From: a virus | Taxonomy: Duplodnaviria; Caudoviricetes | DNA length: 52,813 nt | Direction: 5' to 3' (one strand) | IMG/VR virus record: IMGVR_UViG_3300037502_004181 | Coordinates: 1 to 52,813 of that record | Shown here: positions 16,369 through 26,180 of the stretch, in pieces | How positions within the stretch are numbered: the first letter of the stretch is position 1 | How the letters are laid out: every line of letters starts with the position of its first letter | Translations under genes and position numbers: made by a program | Notes under the pieces: generated by a model | Database searches by the model: none | What the model was told of the DNA's origin: nothing | What the model saw: only the letters and a program-made list of their open reading frames with translations

Positions 16369-16953
16369 TTAGGCTTGGTCTTCTGTGTAGATGCCGCCTG
16401 ATAACACAGCTCCACCAACTTCAAACTCGCCATAAAGCAAGGGCACAGGGTGCCCGGCTGACGTTGTAGTTACCGGGCCGCCAAAGCCTGTGCTTGGATT
16501 GTTGCCATCCTCCTCGCCTGTTCCAGTAGTTTTTGGCATCGGAGAAAGCATTTGCACTACGCCGCCAAGTGCGACACCAAGGCCAGCAGCAATCAATCCA
16601 ACACCGTAGGCAGATGTGGTCCCAAATGTGAAATACCCCACGACCACCAGAACCACGCCAAGGATTACCTGAAACACACCTCCTTGTTTGCTTCCCTTGA
16701 TAATCGGCGCAATGCGGATCACCTCATCCTCGGTGCCACTGAATATCAGCTCGTCCTCAGATAGGTTTCGTTTGCCACTGAATACGGCAAACACCAACCC
16801 TTTTTGGTCTGCGGTTCTCATGAACTGCTCGAACCCTGGAACCATGTTGCACAGGGCCTGAACGGCATCTGCCGGCGAGTTGCAATCCAGTCGATATTCT
16901 CTGCCGAACTTGGAGCCCAGAACGCCATAAAGGCGGATAGTACGCATTCCCAT
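16369..16953 (-). CDS. Tail assembly protein (lambda I-like)
   Basis: MRTIRLYGVLGSKFGR, IRIAPIIKGSK, GHPVPLLYGE. Confidence 0.9.
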   Translation of the reverse strand: MGMRTIRLYGVLGSKFGREYRLDCNSPADAVQALCNMVPGFEQFMRTADQKGLVFAVFSGKRNLSEDELIFSGTEDEVIRIAPIIKGSKQGGVFQVILGVVLVVVGYFTFGTTSAYGVGLIAAGLGVALGGVVQMLSPMPKTTGTGEEDGNNPSTGFGGPVTTTSAGHPVPLLYGEFEVGGAVLSGGIYTEDQA

Positions 16954-16960
16954 GGTTACC

Positions 16961-17740
16961 TCACATTTTCGATTGGTGGCGCAGCACTACTTCGGTGCGG
17001 TTTGCCCAGCTGTGGCCGTATATCTCGCGGGTTGATAGCCGCCCGTACAGGTGGTGAAAGAAGAATGGCCCTGGGCCGTATAGCGTTGGAGCCTGCTCGC
17101 TCTTCAGTTGCGGATCGCTTCCGAGGAACACGGCGGCATGGTTTGGGTGGTGACAGGTAACCCCTGGTGTTTTGATGCGCATGATTAGAATGTCGCCGTA
17201 CTGGGGAGAGTCAACCTGCACAAAGCCCTCTTTCCTGAAATTATCCAGGTACAGGCTGGGGCCGTCTTGACGCTCCCACCAACCATCTTCCCTGTCGTAG
17301 TGACCAAGGTTGATATCAAACTCTCTGGCGTAGAAGTCTGAAATTGCCTGGTAGCAATCAAGCACGCCATGTACGAATTTGCGCCCAAGCAGCGGTGCTA
17401 TGAATCCGCAAGGCTCAAGCCATTCAGTTTCGTTGTCTCTGCCGATAATTAGCCACGGCAGCCGGTGTTTTTCACATTCAAGCCTATCGACAACTGATGG
17501 CCGTGGCAGCGCGTCAGGATGGCTGTGAACGATGGCAATCACTGTGCCGGCATCCTCAGCCTTGCAGTAATCAACCGGGTCAATGTGGAAGTGATTTTGC
17601 GGATCTGCTGCAATATTGGTGCATTGGTGGTAGCTGACTTTTCGCCCCACCATTACAAGCAAGCCGCAGCACTCATTTGGTGCGCACTCTTCGGCGTGCC
17701 CAGCTATATCTGCCATTACTTTCTTTGATAGTTTAATCAT
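16961..17740 (-). CDS. Tail assembly protein K-like (JAB + NlpC/P60)
   Basis: ECCGLL, IVHSHPD, DCYQAISDFY, PNHAAVFLG. Confidence 0.9.
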   Translation of the reverse strand: MIKLSKKVMADIAGHAEECAPNECCGLLVMVGRKVSYHQCTNIAADPQNHFHIDPVDYCKAEDAGTVIAIVHSHPDALPRPSVVDRLECEKHRLPWLIIGRDNETEWLEPCGFIAPLLGRKFVHGVLDCYQAISDFYAREFDINLGHYDREDGWWERQDGPSLYLDNFRKEGFVQVDSPQYGDILIMRIKTPGVTCHHPNHAAVFLGSDPQLKSEQAPTLYGPGPFFFHHLYGRLSTREIYGHSWANRTEVVLRHQSKM

Positions 17741-17744
17741 GGTT

Positions 17745-18443
17745 CTACCTCAATAAACCGGCGCTGGGGAAGCCGCCGAATGGCAGCTCGGCATCGGCGC
17801 CAAATCGCGGCTTGCATCCTGAATCGAGCAGACCTGAGCACTTGTCTTGCTCCGGATCCGTGGTTGGATTGCCATCAACATCAACATAAGGCCCGGTGTA
17901 ACCGCATGAGTCGCCTCGATACTCACCGCGCACGCACCAAGTGCAACGATTGGTAATCTGCCTGGTGGGAATAAGCATGTCGGCGTAACTCGTAGGTGAA
18001 GCCAGCTCAAACTGCACCTGCTGCACGTTCTCTGATGTTTTCTGCTCTATGTACCAAATGCTTATTGCTTCGCTGTCAGAGGCGTTTGGGTTGCCTTCCG
18101 GGAAATTTACCGCGTCAAGATAATGAGCAAATGTCTCATGCACAGTCAGCTTGGCGCCGACAAAGTCGTTGAAGTACAGGCACAGTGCCGACACCGCACC
18201 TCGCTGGCCGTTTATCATGTTGCCGATACTCAGAACCGGTGCGACAGTCTTGCCGCCGTTCATTTCCATACCGGTAACATCGATGGCTATTGGCGCATAC
18301 TCGAGACCCTGCCAGGTAATGATCCCGCTTTGCATGTGGCCATGAAAACGCTGAATGCCGCCGCTGTATTCGCTTAGGTCAAGCTCAAACAGCCTGATAA
18401 GGTTGCCGGGTTCCAGTTTTTGAACATCTGATTCCATACTCAT
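17745..18443 (-). CDS. Minor tail protein L-like
   Basis: VQKLEPG, ETFAHYLDAVNF, CTWCVRGEYRGDSCGY, LPFGGFP. Confidence 0.92.
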   Translation of the reverse strand: MSMESDVQKLEPGNLIRLFELDLSEYSGGIQRFHGHMQSGIITWQGLEYAPIAIDVTGMEMNGGKTVAPVLSIGNMINGQRGAVSALCLYFNDFVGAKLTVHETFAHYLDAVNFPEGNPNASDSEAISIWYIEQKTSENVQQVQFELASPTSYADMLIPTRQITNRCTWCVRGEYRGDSCGYTGPYVDVDGNPTTDPEQDKCSGLLDSGCKPRFGADAELPFGGFPSAGLLR

Positions 18444-18793
18444 GGCTGGAAGGTCTCCTGCATGGTCCAGGTGATTGTTGTTTTACCGTTCTGGGAGTCG
18501 TTGGCCGTTGAGTAGTTCTCAGCCCTGAACAGGCCAATATCACCGCCCGGCGTTGTCCAATAGAATGACTGATAGCCCTGACGGGCCTTGAGGAAGTCGA
18601 GCACTGGCTTGATGTTTGGCGTGCGGATCCCGTCAACAAACCCTGAAACAGAAACGCTCCAACTGGTTGAGCGGTTGTTGATTCCTACACCAAACGCCTG
18701 GGTGTAGCCGTCACCAAATTCGTTTTTGAGAACCTTGTGCGTAGTTTCGCCGGTGGCTCCGACGTTTACAGGCCAGATGAATGTTTCAGTCAT
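18440..18793 (-). CDS. Minor tail protein M-like (distal tail)
   Basis: ETFIWP, FGDGYTQAFGVGINN, SFYWTTP. Confidence 0.88.
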   Translation of the reverse strand: MTETFIWPVNVGATGETTHKVLKNEFGDGYTQAFGVGINNRSTSWSVSVSGFVDGIRTPNIKPVLDFLKARQGYQSFYWTTPGGDIGLFRAENYSTANDSQNGKTTITWTMQETFQP

Positions 18794-19106
18794 TTGCTAA
18801 TGCTCTCCATGTACTCGCAATCCATAGCAAAGATGATGCTGTCAAGCGCTGGGCGGGCCATCACATCACCAAGCACAGCCACCACAGAGGTGATTTCTGA
18901 CATGGTTATGCGAGACGGAACAGCAGAAACCGGAGTCGCCAGCCAACGCCTGCCAGAGTCAAGCTGCCAGAACATCGAAATGATGTAGTCAGTTAGCGGA
19001 TCCGTTTCAGGCTCGTCTGGTATTTGAACGCCAAGTTTCTGATGGATTAGTGATTTCTTTTCCGTCTTGCCGACCCAGTTACGCTCCCAATCGAACCTGG
19101 CTAAGA
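18790..19106 (-). CDS. Tail chaperone T-like segment, reached by -1 frameshift from the G-like gene
   Basis: The -1 frame is open from the slippery site (VLARFDWERNWVGK...) into the track ORF 18790..18975. Confidence 0.7.
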
Positions 19107-19517
19107 CTTTTTTTTAATCTGCGCCACATCAGCTTTCTTTTCGATTGCGACTACTGTGGACTTCTCCAACACCCAGGCAAAGAATGCCGCGTTGCTTTTC
19201 AACAGCTTCTCGGCAGCCTCGGCGCTGAACTCGGCTTCGCTGCCGTCTTCGTTTACAACACCATCCCAATCGCGGATCAGGAACTTGGCCATCAGTTGGC
19301 ACTGCACATCAAACTCAGTGGTGTCTGCATCAGATACTGAAATGTTGTGCAGCGACTGCCTGGCATCGGACTGGGTTATCAGCCTGCGGGCCCGGTCAAC
19401 TGCAATCTGGTATTTGTTCTCATCGATGCCGGCGACTTTTACGCGAGTGGTTTCATCAAAGTTGAACCAGCGGACGCCTGAGGCTACCAAATCAGAATTG
19501 GCAAGAGATAAGGTCAT
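19101..19517 (-). CDS. Tail assembly chaperone (G-like)
   Basis: Follows the major tail gene; LIRDWDGV motif; ends AAA AAA AAG TCT TAG. Confidence 0.75.
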   Translation of the reverse strand: MTLSLANSDLVASGVRWFNFDETTRVKVAGIDENKYQIAVDRARRLITQSDARQSLHNISVSDADTTEFDVQCQLMAKFLIRDWDGVVNEDGSEAEFSAEAAEKLLKSNAAFFAWVLEKSTVVAIEKKADVAQIKKKS

Positions 19518-19560
19518 GCTTCTCTCCAAGAAAAAGCCCGGGCGGTGCCGGGCGCTGAGA

Positions 19561-20712
19561 TTAAGAAACGGTAACTTCCACGCTGTCGCTGACAGTCTTG
19601 TTTACCGAGCTGGTTGCTGTGATAGTGGCTGTTCCGGAAGAAACACCGGTTACCAACCCTGCCGAGTCAACAGTGGCCACGGCTTCGTCAGAAGAGGTCC
19701 ATGTCACTGATGTGTTTCCGTTGGCCGGGGTTGCCGCAACTGATAGCTGCAGTGTTGCGCCGGTACCAACAGCAGAGCCGCCGCTAACTGTCAGAGCGGT
19801 GGGTGCAGGAGTGCGGATGATGACCGGGCTTTGCTTGGCAATCATCATGTTCAATTCCATTTGCAGAATGTCAGTCCGTCCACCGCTTGGCAGATCCCCA
19901 TCAACCTCAACTTTAGGCAGCTGTATCATGTACTGGTTGCCAAGGCTGTCGAGGATTGGGAACTCAACCGATACTGTTTCCCTGGTGAACTGGTTTTTCC
20001 AGATTTCCCAGGCCTTGGCAGAAAATGCCAGAGTCATGGTGCCGGTAAAGTTGGCCGCGGTCTCAATCAAGGCACCTGGGCCCAGTTTTGAGGTGCCAAG
20101 ACAGCGCTGGGTTTGCAGTGAGTTATCCAAAGACAGACTCATTGCTGAGATACAAGCAACGCCTTCAAGGCTCTGGCCATCAACTTTCACGTTGCCGACA
20201 CTCAGAGAACTCATGAACGGCGTGTCTGTTGCCTGGTCTGCGCCAACAACTATGGGCGCGCTTGCGTCTTCATAATCGAGGCACGACATGGTGAATGTGG
20301 TAGTCACCTTGCCTTCCTCCGGGATATCCAGAGCCCAAGTGGACACATGGGCGCCTTTGAATAATGCGTATACGCCAATATCCTTGAAGCCCTTTGCGAT
20401 TGAGTGGGTAATTCGGGTTTCACCGATAGTAAGCTGGTCTGCTGCCCAATCATTGTAGAAAGCAGCAGCCAGCAGAGAGTCGAATGTCTGATAAGACAAC
20501 TCACCGGCCAAATCGCCGCCGATATCAACACTGGTGGCAATACTGCCCTGGCCAATACGGGTGTCGGTGATCTCTTCGGACTCTTCAGTGTTTACTGTTG
20601 GTGTCATGGCATTACTGGTCAGGCGCATAACCTGCCAAACTGCCGGATCCGGGACTACCCCGGGAGTGGTTTCTCTCACGATGTGAGAAATAACTTTTGC
20701 CCCAGACGACAT
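19561..20712 (-). CDS. Major tail tube protein with C-terminal Ig-like (Big_2) domain
   Basis: MSSGAKVISHIVRETTPG; C-terminal VTWTSSDEAVATVDSAGLVTGVSSGTATITAT. Confidence 0.88.
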   Translation of the reverse strand: MSSGAKVISHIVRETTPGVVPDPAVWQVMRLTSNAMTPTVNTEESEEITDTRIGQGSIATSVDIGGDLAGELSYQTFDSLLAAAFYNDWAADQLTIGETRITHSIAKGFKDIGVYALFKGAHVSTWALDIPEEGKVTTTFTMSCLDYEDASAPIVVGADQATDTPFMSSLSVGNVKVDGQSLEGVACISAMSLSLDNSLQTQRCLGTSKLGPGALIETAANFTGTMTLAFSAKAWEIWKNQFTRETVSVEFPILDSLGNQYMIQLPKVEVDGDLPSGGRTDILQMELNMMIAKQSPVIIRTPAPTALTVSGGSAVGTGATLQLSVAATPANGNTSVTWTSSDEAVATVDSAGLVTGVSSGTATITATSSVNKTVSDSVEVTVS

Positions 20713-20802
20713 AATTGCTCTCCTGTTTCTGGTGCCCACGGAACGCGGGCAATAAAAAAGGCCAGCACAATGGCTGACCTTTGTTTTGGTGGCTGTGGCC
20801 TG

Positions 20803-21204
20803 TTAGTCGGCAACGAACCTGATATTCACGTTGATTTGATAAAACTGGCCGGTCTGGTCTTTACCAATGTCTAATTGGTTGGCCTCCCAGCATTCGAATT
20901 TTCCCTGCGACCAATAGGCAAAATGCACTTCAAGTGCAGAGGCTAGTTCGTTCAGGGCCCTGGTTCCCGTTTGCAGTCTTGCAAAGCACTGGATTACTAT
21001 CAGCCCTGGCTTTCTGGTGCATGGCTTATCGCCGACACCAGAGAAAAACGAGGTGCCATGCTGAATGCCCAAGCGACACCACAGCCCGGTTTCAGGTGGA
21101 TCGAATCGCTGAGGCTGGTTTGGGTACTCAATGCGCGATTGCTCAATGCCGGTGAATGTCACCATTCGGCCGACAATGGTTTGGCGTATTTCTTCAAATG
21201 TCAT
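20803..21204 (-). CDS. Tail terminator-like protein
   Basis: Position before the tail tube gene; EYPN..FDPP, GLIVIQCF, FYQINVNIRF. Confidence 0.7.
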   Translation of the reverse strand: MTFEEIRQTIVGRMVTFTGIEQSRIEYPNQPQRFDPPETGLWCRLGIQHGTSFFSGVGDKPCTRKPGLIVIQCFARLQTGTRALNELASALEVHFAYWSQGKFECWEANQLDIGKDQTGQFYQINVNIRFVAD

Positions 21205-21599
21205 TGCTTGCCACCATATTTGGCTGCGAGAGTTGCCATTGCTGGGCCGTAAATGCCTTGCGGTGCTTGCTGTGAGTGCCCCACTTCCAAAGACTCGCCG
21301 TATGGCAGGTTGTTCTGAATAACGATCTCTTTGTAAACCAGATTGGCACCATCAATCACGCTTGTTCCTCGGCTAATGGTTTCCTGCCCAGCCTTATCAA
21401 CATCATCCAGCGAGTAGCTGATATCGATGCCGTTAATGGTGACCCGATGATTGCCACGGTAAGCCCCTTTATCAACTGGAGAACCCATTACCACCATCGA
21501 TAGCGCATCCGTGGCTATGCGGCGCTGGAATCCGTTGATATACCCTTCCACCTCTGACATGAATCCAGATGGAGGATTAGACCAACCGCCCTTAGCCAT
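21201..21599 (-). CDS. Neck / tail completion protein (HK97 gp10-like)
   Basis: SPVDKGAYRGN and NNLPYGESLEVGHSQQAPQG. Confidence 0.75.
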   Translation of the reverse strand: MAKGGWSNPPSGFMSEVEGYINGFQRRIATDALSMVVMGSPVDKGAYRGNHRVTINGIDISYSLDDVDKAGQETISRGTSVIDGANLVYKEIVIQNNLPYGESLEVGHSQQAPQGIYGPAMATLAAKYGGKQ

Positions 21600-21975
21600 T
21601 GACCTTCTCGCTTTCTTCAAACGCTTCAAAAAGGTCTTGGGCTATAGCCTGGATAGAGTAAGCCTCAAATTCTGAACTTGGCTTTTCCTCACCCATGCAT
21701 GTCCTTACTTCTTGCCATATGTGTACTGCCTCATGCAGTAGCAGCCCATGCACCTGCAACAATGAATGCTCAGTCACATCGCCAATCTGAGCAACACAAA
21801 GAGTCTCTTTCTTTTTGTCTGAAAAATGAGTCACACATGCATCAGCGCCAGAATCTAGAAACTTATCTCTTTTTCTGCCGGTGATTTTATTGTACTGCTC
21901 TTGGTTTCTGGCTAATGCGTACAACACATGCTGAAAAGGTGTTCTGTAAATGTAGGGACGATACTTAGCCATCAT
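21592..21975 (-). CDS. Hypothetical protein with HExxH motif
   Basis: LLLHEAVHIWQ...EFEAY; overlaps both neighbours. Confidence 0.6.
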   Translation of the reverse strand: MMAKYRPYIYRTPFQHVLYALARNQEQYNKITGRKRDKFLDSGADACVTHFSDKKKETLCVAQIGDVTEHSLLQVHGLLLHEAVHIWQEVRTCMGEEKPSSEFEAYSIQAIAQDLFEAFEESEKVNG

Positions 21976-22343
21976 GCCTCCCTGAGCTGGATATTCCAGA
22001 TAACATCAGCCGGATCCTTACCCACCTTGATCACCTTCATTCCGTTGATAACGTCGTCAATTTCAGGTGTGAATTTTGATCCAGTAGAATCGACAGCTTC
22101 TGCCTGCAAGCACGTCAGTTTGGTGTCGGTGGCAAGGATATTTACACCGTCTATGATGTTGACAGCGTAGCTGCCGAACGTACCGCGACCTGTGTAGATG
22201 ATTTCTTGCTTTACTGGTTGCTCTGTGATGGGGTCATAGCCAGTTATCACCGTTCTTTTCCCGGTGAAAGATTTAACTGCATCGGCAAGATCACCATCAA
22301 ATGCATCAGCAATATCTGCTGCTATTTCGTCGCGTAAGCCCAT
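21972..22343 (-). CDS. Head closure / head-tail joining protein
   Basis: Position and size; GYDPIT and DPADVIWNIQLR. Confidence 0.65.
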   Translation of the reverse strand: MGLRDEIAADIADAFDGDLADAVKSFTGKRTVITGYDPITEQPVKQEIIYTGRGTFGSYAVNIIDGVNILATDTKLTCLQAEAVDSTGSKFTPEIDDVINGMKVIKVGKDPADVIWNIQLREA

Positions 22344-22344
22344 A

Positions 22345-22749
22345 TCAAACCCTCTTCAAAAACATGACATTTGGCATTTGGTTGATCCACGGCTTCAATA
22401 GAGCCAGGGCCAAAGATTCGCCAGCGGTGTATTTCTTGGAGTTGGTTGAGTATGTGCGGCTAGAAGAAACTGTGTCGGCCTTAACAGTTTTGCTGGTTAC
22501 ACCGGTTTCAGTTGCGCCATAAATATTGCCGGCGGCAGCATCCTTGGCCACTTCGGCACCGGCCTGTATCCATTCGTCTGGATACGGGACCTCATCAGGG
22601 TATGATTTGCCGTCGGCATCTTTCTGCGGCATGTTCAGATTGCTCAACCAGACGTTGGCGATCATCACTGCGCGTGACTTCTTGCCGGCATCGGCCCAGC
22701 CATCACCCAGCTTTTCATCAACATCCGCGACAGTGATGTATTCGATCAT
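22345..22749 (-). CDS. Head-tail adaptor protein
   Basis: EYITVADVD, SKTVKAD, LALLKPW; position after the capsid genes. Confidence 0.65.
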   Translation of the reverse strand: MIEYITVADVDEKLGDGWADAGKKSRAVMIANVWLSNLNMPQKDADGKSYPDEVPYPDEWIQAGAEVAKDAAAGNIYGATETGVTSKTVKADTVSSSRTYSTNSKKYTAGESLALALLKPWINQMPNVMFLKRV

Positions 22750-22751
22750 GG

Positions 22752-23075
22752 TTATTTGCCTTTATCCATGGCATCAACAAGAGCTTGGAGCTCCGGCCTT
22801 TTTGCGTCAGCAGGAAATTCAACCTCTGCGTCGGTAAGCAGCTTTCTCAGATCAGCAACGCCAAGCGGCTTGTCTTTTTTGGCATCGGCTTCTGGCTCTT
22901 CTACCGATACATTGACCTCAGCTTTTTCATAGGCTGCCACAATGATCGGATAGTCGCCGTTAACCAGCACCTCATCAACATTGTTTTCAACACCAGAGAA
23001 GTAGGCTGCATTACGGGCTGAGAAGCCTTCAGGAGCTTTCACTCCGCGCTTTGAGTAGTACAGTTTTTTCATCAT
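22752..23075 (-). CDS. Small head-associated protein with HeH/LEM-like C-terminus
   Basis: VADLRKLLTDAEVEFPADAKRPELQALV. Confidence 0.6.
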   Translation of the reverse strand: MMKKLYYSKRGVKAPEGFSARNAAYFSGVENNVDEVLVNGDYPIIVAAYEKAEVNVSVEEPEADAKKDKPLGVADLRKLLTDAEVEFPADAKRPELQALVDAMDKGK

Positions 23076-23172
23076 GAACTCCAATTTTTCAATTTAGGCT
23101 CAAATTTTTCATCATGAACTCCAAAGAAAAGGCGGGGAGAACCCCGCCAGTCAATGGTTTTCGAATTGTCGT

Positions 23173-24126
23173 TTAGGGGGTTACCGGAGACAGGTCAATC
23201 AGCACGCCAGCCGTTGCCTTGTCGCTGGTAGCGTACTTGGTCCAGTTGGCTGTTGCCCCAAGAGCAGCCAGGTTGGGGTTGGTACTGCCTGCGGTCTCGT
23301 TCCAGCTGTATCCGAGCAGATCGACGTTGAACGTACCTTCACCACGATAACCAAGCGCCAGGTTTTCCTGGGTATTGATATCGTATGAACGAATACCTGG
23401 AGCCTGGGACTCAGTGACGGTCACTGCACCGGCCTGAAGGCCAAAGATAGACTCTTCAGGAATGGTGTCTGAAACCAGCACGGGCTTGCCCATAGTTCCC
23501 GGAACGCCGCCATAGATCACGATACCGGCTTCTTCATAAACCTTTTGGTCGATAGCGTCATCAACCAGGTCGAAGTAGACAGCACTGTTCATGCCAAACA
23601 TGGAGATCCTGTTGAAGCGGTCACCAAACTTACGCATGCCCTTGGTGAGCACTTTCTTGTGATCGGTTGCAAACGCAGCCGTAGTTACCATGTTGGCATT
23701 GGAGCCGATGGCACCAGACAGACCAGCGAATGCTGCCTGAATGTAGTAATCCAAAACCGCATCAGCCATGTCCTGGCCAACCAGCTCTGAAAACTCTTCA
23801 GGCGAGCGAGCCCGGCGCTTAAACGCTTCTTCCGTGGTTTCATAAGGGCCGTACTTCCATGGAGACTTAACGCCGATCATCTCACCAGAGCCGATTTTTG
23901 AGCCTGAAGGAGCTGCAGTGGAGTTGACGTCGCGGTGTGCCAGTGAGCCGCCAATTTTGTAGAAGGCTCGCTTACGCAGGTCGCCTTCGATCAATTCGTT
24001 GCGCAGCACAATCGCACCATTTGACGCAGTGTTAAACACCTCAAGAACGTCTTGAAGGCGCTCGAGGTATGCGGTCTGAGCCAGATCGTTGTAGATGATC
24101 ATGTCAGTATTTACGGTAGTAGCCAT
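23173..24126 (-). CDS. Major capsid protein
   Basis: 317 aa after the scaffold gene; QTAYLERLQD, GKPVLVSD, KATAGVLI. Confidence 0.85.
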   Translation of the reverse strand: MATTVNTDMIIYNDLAQTAYLERLQDVLEVFNTASNGAIVLRNELIEGDLRKRAFYKIGGSLAHRDVNSTAAPSGSKIGSGEMIGVKSPWKYGPYETTEEAFKRRARSPEEFSELVGQDMADAVLDYYIQAAFAGLSGAIGSNANMVTTAAFATDHKKVLTKGMRKFGDRFNRISMFGMNSAVYFDLVDDAIDQKVYEEAGIVIYGGVPGTMGKPVLVSDTIPEESIFGLQAGAVTVTESQAPGIRSYDINTQENLALGYRGEGTFNVDLLGYSWNETAGSTNPNLAALGATANWTKYATSDKATAGVLIDLSPVTP

Positions 24127-24136
24127 TTAGACACTC

Positions 24137-24901
24137 CTATTCTTTCGGTAATTTAAGAAACGCTTCCTGACCGTGCTTTTGAATGTATGCACGTTTTTCT
24201 TCAGGATTCATTTGTGAACGTGGTTTCACAGCCTTACCGTTACCACCACCTGAGGCGCCGCCTCCCTGAGCTCTTGGGAACAGATGAGGAGCACTTTCGC
24301 GCAAAGACTCAGCCCACTCCTTCGGTGTAAGCGGAGTCTTGGCATCCTTGCCGTAGACAATCTCGTCGTCCTTCATGGCGACAAGGTTCCCTTCGTCGTC
24401 CAGCTGCCAGAATCCTTGGCCGCGGAAAACGAAATCATCCAGAGCCGACTTTTCAGCTCCAGCTTCAATCGCACCGCTTTTGATTGCATCAGAAATTGCC
24501 CGGCCTTCGAGCGATTTGGCCTTCTTCTCGGCCTTGGTTCGCCCTTCCACTTCGGTATTGAGTTTTTTGTCGAGCTCAGCGCGCAGTCGCTCAGTACGGC
24601 GTGAGATAACCTCGTCGAGCTTGCCCTCGGCAATCAATTTGGTCTCTTCATCCTGTGATGCTCGCTGGAGCAATCCTTTGACTGACTCAATATCCAGGCC
24701 ATCGAACTGGGACTTTAGCGCCTCCAGCTCTTGCTTAGTGGCCTTACTGCTTTGGATTAGCTCACCGTTCTTGCTTTTAAGCCCGGTGACTTCCTTGTCC
24801 AGTGCGGATTGAAACAAACCGCTCAGTTTCTCCTTGAGTTCTGAGCCTTTGGTTTCATCCAGTTCTAAGCCGAGTTCGGCCAGGTCGATTTCTAATGCCA
24901 T
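24137..24901 (-). CDS. Capsid scaffolding protein
   Basis: Charged coiled coil; APHLFP and a C-terminal EKRAYIQKHGQEAFLKLP helix. Confidence 0.75.
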   Translation of the reverse strand: MALEIDLAELGLELDETKGSELKEKLSGLFQSALDKEVTGLKSKNGELIQSSKATKQELEALKSQFDGLDIESVKGLLQRASQDEETKLIAEGKLDEVISRRTERLRAELDKKLNTEVEGRTKAEKKAKSLEGRAISDAIKSGAIEAGAEKSALDDFVFRGQGFWQLDDEGNLVAMKDDEIVYGKDAKTPLTPKEWAESLRESAPHLFPRAQGGGASGGGNGKAVKPRSQMNPEEKRAYIQKHGQEAFLKLPKE

Positions 24902-24986
24902 TTTTCTATCCCCTTGGGACTGGTTGAGCCCGCCTGGCGGGCAATAAAAAACCCGCCGAAGCGGGTTGGTTTAAAATCTGTGTTGG

Positions 24987-26180
24987 TTATTCGCCAAATA
25001 TTTGCCGGAATGTATCGGCGTCTCGCATTCTCAGCTCATCAATTGAGTACTGCCGGCCTGTAAGCGGATCCGCGAATTTGCTAAGAGGGTATTTGCCCTC
25101 CGTATAGAGCTTGTATCGTGTTGGCCCGAGCCATTCACGCTTGAACTCGGCGTCTTGGTTAGCAAACCACTTGCTGTAGTTCGTTTTGGCATCTACCTGC
25201 CCTATCTCCAGGCCTGCTTTCTCTCGCTGTTTTTTTGTCATGTTGCCAATGCTGCGGAATGAGCGTTCGCCATCGCGCCCCCTGACCTTCAAAGCCCTGA
25301 CAAACGGCCTGGTGCCGATAACCTTCCCATCCAATGACGGGATCAACTGTGAGCGGCAATTAGGATGAAGTGGCGGCACAGGATGCGGATCACTCTTAAG
25401 CCACGACTTCCCGTCCAACGAGGCACATATTTTTGATGTTCGGCCATCAAGTGTTGCAAGAAAAACCACGTAATCAACACCAATTTCATCATACATTTGA
25501 TTGTATGCCTGGTTGCTGATGTGATTTCTCGCCGTTCGGATAAGCCTTTCCGCATCAATCTTGGCTTGGTATATCAGGCCGTCTTGATAGTTGAGTTTTG
25601 CAGTGCCTCTAATGGCTTTCACTATCTCGCTATTGGTGTTGCCCGCAACAACCCCGGCACGAATAGAGGCGTATATTGCATCTTGCTTTGGCTTGGAGAA
25701 CTCACTTAAAAGCGTGTCCACCAGCCTGCCACCAAAAGGCGCTGAACCAGAAAGCGGCCTGTCCATAGCCTTTTTATAGACCGTGTTATCTGCAATTTTT
25801 GGCTTTTTTATATCTTCAAAAACTCGGTCGAAAAGCTCATAAATGTATGTGGCTTCATATCCAGCAAGCGCAGCTGCTGAGTTGGACCAGTTGTTATTCA
25901 AAGCAGCTGACAGGCCTTGTCCGTAGTTATCAATCTGCTCCTTAATCCCTTTCAGTCTTGTTGTGTTGTACCTTCCAACAAGAAAACTCTCTAACTCTGC
26001 TAGGCCAATGCCATCCAACCGGTGAAGAAGTTCCTTTGCCAGCTCAATGGCGAGTTCATCAATTCTGGAGTTAACCTGATTGACTATCGCCGAAGATGCT
26101 CGATATTGGTAACTTGCGTGTTGTGATATGGCAGAGGCTATGGCATTTTGCGCTGCTCTGAGCTCACCACTTGTTGCCAT
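24987..26180 (-). CDS. Minor head protein (SPP1 gp7 / MuF-like)
   Basis: ATLDGRTSKICASLDG and PPLHPNCRS. Confidence 0.85.
   Translation of the reverse strand: MATSGELRAAQNAIASAISQHASYQYRASSAIVNQVNSRIDELAIELAKELLHRLDGIGLAELESFLVGRYNTTRLKGIKEQIDNYGQGLSAALNNNWSNSAAALAGYEATYIYELFDRVFEDIKKPKIADNTVYKKAMDRPLSGSAPFGGRLVDTLLSEFSKPKQDAIYASIRAGVVAGNTNSEIVKAIRGTAKLNYQDGLIYQAKIDAERLIRTARNHISNQAYNQMYDEIGVDYVVFLATLDGRTSKICASLDGKSWLKSDPHPVPPLHPNCRSQLIPSLDGKVIGTRPFVRALKVRGRDGERSFRSIGNMTKKQREKAGLEIGQVDAKTNYSKWFANQDAEFKREWLGPTRYKLYTEGKYPLSKFADPLTGRQYSIDELRMRDADTFRQIFGE

Noticed and set aside
19156-20275. Long plus-strand ORFs (184 and 225 aa), and similar ones such as 32537-33244
   Set aside because: Antisense shadows of well-supported phage genes, with no RBS or motifs
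24987-26180. MuF polymorphic toxin fusion
   Set aside because: No recognisable toxin domain after the MuF motif and no immunity-like gene downstream
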